From: Lepidodermella squamata
Taxonomy: Eukaryota > Animalia > Gastrotricha
Direction: 5' to 3'
Assembly: GCA_047495785.1 (NCBI GenBank)
Contig: JBLDXI010000009.1
Location: forward strand, 4,898,001 to 4,962,000
DNA: 64,000 nucleotides
Part shown: piece after piece, positions 60,866-64,000 of the stretch
Layout: every line of letters begins with the position of its first letter
Position numbering within the stretch: position 1 is the stretch's first letter
The notes under the pieces: model-generated
Database searches by the model: none
Told to the model about the DNA's origin: nothing
What the model saw: the letters and a program-made list of their open reading frames with translations, nothing else
Made by a program: the position numbers and the translations under genes

Positions 60866-62530
60866 TTTTTAAATTCTCACCCTGAAAAATCATCATCGTC
60901 TGGATAATGGAAAAAATTGTTGCATGGATTCAAATGTCAAGCGTCAAATTACATTTCGATTTTAAATTTAAATTTTCAAAAAATTGGAATTTTCGAATAT
61001 TTTCAAAAAAATTCACTATTTTTTTGAAAAATTATTCTGGCGTAGAATTGAGTTGACGGTCCATCATTTCTTTCATTTTTGGTCTCGAGTCAGCCAGTTG
61101 TCGTACTTCGCATTTCCAATTCACCTGAACTTCTGAAATCTATTATATCATTGTGGTGGAAGGTGATTTATCGACATTTTGCTATATTTTATCGCGTCTT
61201 CTCGCACGAAGTTGTAATGATTTTTTGAATTTTCCACGTGGCAGCCACTTTTTTCGAAAAATTCCAGTGAACTGAAAATTCTCCCTCTGTTGTTCAATTA
61301 TTATATTTTTTATCGTTTTTTTTTCGTTTGGTATTATACCTGAGTTTTATTCATTCTGTGTCAACAACAAGTGGGCTGGGTTTTAATCGTGACTATTCAT
61401 CATCTGTGAACCACCATTTACATTCTGATCTAATCGATATTTTTGCAATCAATGTATTGTTGTTGATGAGTCGATACTTACTACTCCACTCCATATTGGG
61501 ACTTGAATATTTTATCGCTATCGCGTTTTCGAAATGTATTCCTTTTGTATTACTGTTGGTATTGTCTCAACTTGTATTCGACAACTGTATTCGACACTGT
61601 AAAGGGAACGTGTAATTATATTGTTATAGCAATTTGATATAAATTGACGTTATATTTGACTGAAAAGTGCAAGAATTATTGCGGAAAAGTGGATAATAAA
61701 ATTGATAAACTAAAATAAATGAATGTTGACTTTTCAGTTGTTGCCACGTGAGTTACTTGTAGGCGGGATTCTCGAGTCTTTTGTTCTCAGGTTTCGGGTT
61801 ATCTTGCTAAATAGTGATAACTCGTTCATCAAACCAACGTATTAAGATTGTAGGTACTAATTTTTATTCTTGAATAACTGTTGCATGTAAGCGTGATAAA
61901 TTAGATGGCTATAGCTTACACCGCCACACAAAAATTATTTCAGAAAATGGAGGCTTTTAATAGAAGCTTTGACTAAATGTAAAAAGTTACAGCGACATGT
62001 CAGGCAAAAATCTCAAGCTAAGGCGACGTCATGCTTGAAGATTTAGATTGGATGCGGTTGGTTTCATGAAGGAATTAATAAAAGCATTAAAAAGTACATC
62101 GCAGGTCGACGCATTTGGATTCTTCAATAACACGGGTATGCACGCTAGAACTACGACTCGATCCTCGAAATTGCCATCCATCAACTTCTCTTCCAACAAT
62201 ATGAAATACTGAAAAACACCAAATACATGAAATATCTAAACCTGGGTTTACTAAATTTTATATTTTTTGGGATCTATCCGAATATCCGGCTTGAAATGCT
62301 GCTGAAAGTTGAAGTGTTTACGTGCCTTCTATTCCCACCTGCTCAATTACAATCTTGCAAGAAAGGTGTTCCTACCAGCGATGAATAGAATATTTTTACT
62401 AATCCTCCCCTTGAGCCATACAAGATTACTTCTCCAAAAAGATCAAATACAAGATTACTCGATGCCTTACTCAGATATACTACGAACGACCACGGAGGGA
62501 AATATTTAAATTACCGAGGGGAATTAAGCT

Positions 62531-64000
62531 TTAATGGATAAAGCTTACCGTGATATATTTCAACAAAGATTTCGGTCGAGTTTTTCGGAGACTATCCTGC
62601 GCTCTTTTGTTGAAATATTCTTTCGCTGCTTCTAGCTCAACGATGATTTGTTTAACAAGATCGTCGAGCTTCGATTTTTGTTCGCCGATTTCCTGTTTAA
62701 GCTTCCCCAGGTCCTCCTTTGACACTTTCTTTTGATCGTTGAAATGTTTACTTTCACTCTCGAATTCATCATACCGTTCAGACTGCTCTGGATTGTATTC
62801 GTAAAAAGACTTTGTGACCCACTTGAACATCCCGTTTTCGTGGGGATAACTGCATTTAAACTGGTTGTAGAGTTGTTCTTGTCTAGCTGTTGCGCCGACC
62901 CAGTCCTCAGAAGTTACGCTAGCAACGACGGCGGCCGCATCAGCAGCGACGGCAGCAGTAGCCACGTCTTCATCTGTTCTCATATCCTCACACACTGTAC
63001 AATAGCCATTCTTGAAAACGCGGCAAAAAAGTGCGCGTAACACTGAAAATCGGCATTTGCAGTTTGTGTCACAATTATGCTTGTGAAAATCGCACACGGT
63101 GTGTGTGTTCTTTGAATCATCATAAACCTTGATCACATGAAATGAAACTCAATTATTATATCATTTATTAGAGCTTTCCTTCAAACCTTTTCTCTAATCG
63201 ACCTGTGTTTGAAAGATCGCTTCATCAGGTCCGCTTGTTGATAGAGCACATTGAGATGCTGGTAGTCGAGGGTTTGGAGCTCAGAGTCCTTCTCGCTTTC
63301 TATCCTAATCTTTTCCAGAATGTCCATGATTTTGCGGGTAAGAATATCAAGCTTCTGGCGTAGAAGCTCTTCCTTGGCTTGCAATTTTTCATCCGCGGCA
63401 ATCATTCTTTTCGTCGACAATAGCTTGATGTTATCTACTTTTTCGAACCACGTTAGAAAATTGTCGAATTGCTCCGCCGAGATTTCATAAGTCATCTCGG
63501 CTAGCTTCTGTAGCTTTCCAGTTTCCATCTTGAAAGCTGCTCCGTTCTCAAAGAAGAACACATTTCTTTTCGGGATTTGCAATCCGTAGTCTCTCAGTAA
63601 TATCTCACGTATATCAGTTTCGCGTTTGATGGAATGAGTGACAATGACAGAGATGTTTTTCGCGACGTCGAAGCCAAAACGTTTAACAAACCAAGTTAAA
63701 AAGTTATGAATCGCCTGTTTGACGCTGTCATCTGATTCGCGTATGACTAGGCAAACGGCCGTTAGGCTAGATGTATTTTTCAAATAATCAGCGATCAGGT
63801 ATTCTGTTGCCTTATCACGCTGCTGGCCTTCATCGTCCCCATAACCTGGCGTATCGACGAGAGCCAGCGAATATGCCCGAGACGTTTCCAGTAACTTGTA
63901 CTCAGTAACGTCCTTCGTTAGCGAAACATACTTTAGCGGAGCCCCCGCCGACGATTTGGCGTGAGTTTTTTGTCCTCCTTCGAAGGATTTCGGAATTACT
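62531..64000 (-). CDS. Partial AIG1/septin-like (TRAFAC) P-loop GTPase with coiled coil and Cys/His-rich C-terminal region; 5' end outside the window, 3' end uncertain
   Basis: Frame upstream of ORF 63181-63783 reads VSLTKDVTEY (G2) ... LALVDTPGYGD (G3) ... AVCLVI ... NISVIVTHS (G4). Intron 63186-63128 joins to HTVCDFHKHNCDTNCKC...C..F..GYCTVC and a coiled coil. G1 lies beyond the window. Confidence 0.75.

Overview
Eukaryotic (invertebrate-like metazoan) genomic DNA with GT-AG spliceosomal introns, so the ORF track shows only exon fragments. Gene models below were spliced by hand. No rRNA, tRNA or CRISPR was seen. The window is dominated by cell-surface glycan-recognition or sensory genes. 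(i) Four paralogous single-pass receptors have a WSC domain nested inside the first C-type lectin domain (2435-6676 +, 9852-11810 -, 32853-38652 -, 48974-50986 -). (ii) A 13.5-kb polycystin-1-like gene (12890-26447 +, about 36 micro-introns) has an ectodomain of about 45 EGF-like repeats plus three L-type (VIP36/ERGIC-53/legume) lectin-like domains; its GPS autoproteolysis motif looks dead but contains an inserted furin site (RKKR). (iii) Two tandem GPI-anchored ConA/LamG-like mucins (27016-31281). (iv) Three intronless secreted-peptide genes (7613-9663), one with a pseudogenised copy in a segmental duplication. The right half has several MITE/foldback elements, a small disordered protein rich in cell-cycle-type motifs, an intronless intracellular trypsin-like protease, TBC1D5, and a partial AIG1/septin-like GTPase. 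Best candidate for an undescribed system: a clustered 'lectin-polycystin' module, i.e. a PKD1-like channel subunit with a furin-for-GPS swap lying head-to-head with CTL[WSC] receptors that encode the domain types found in cis in vertebrate polycystin-1. All domain calls are by-eye motif recognition, not database searches.
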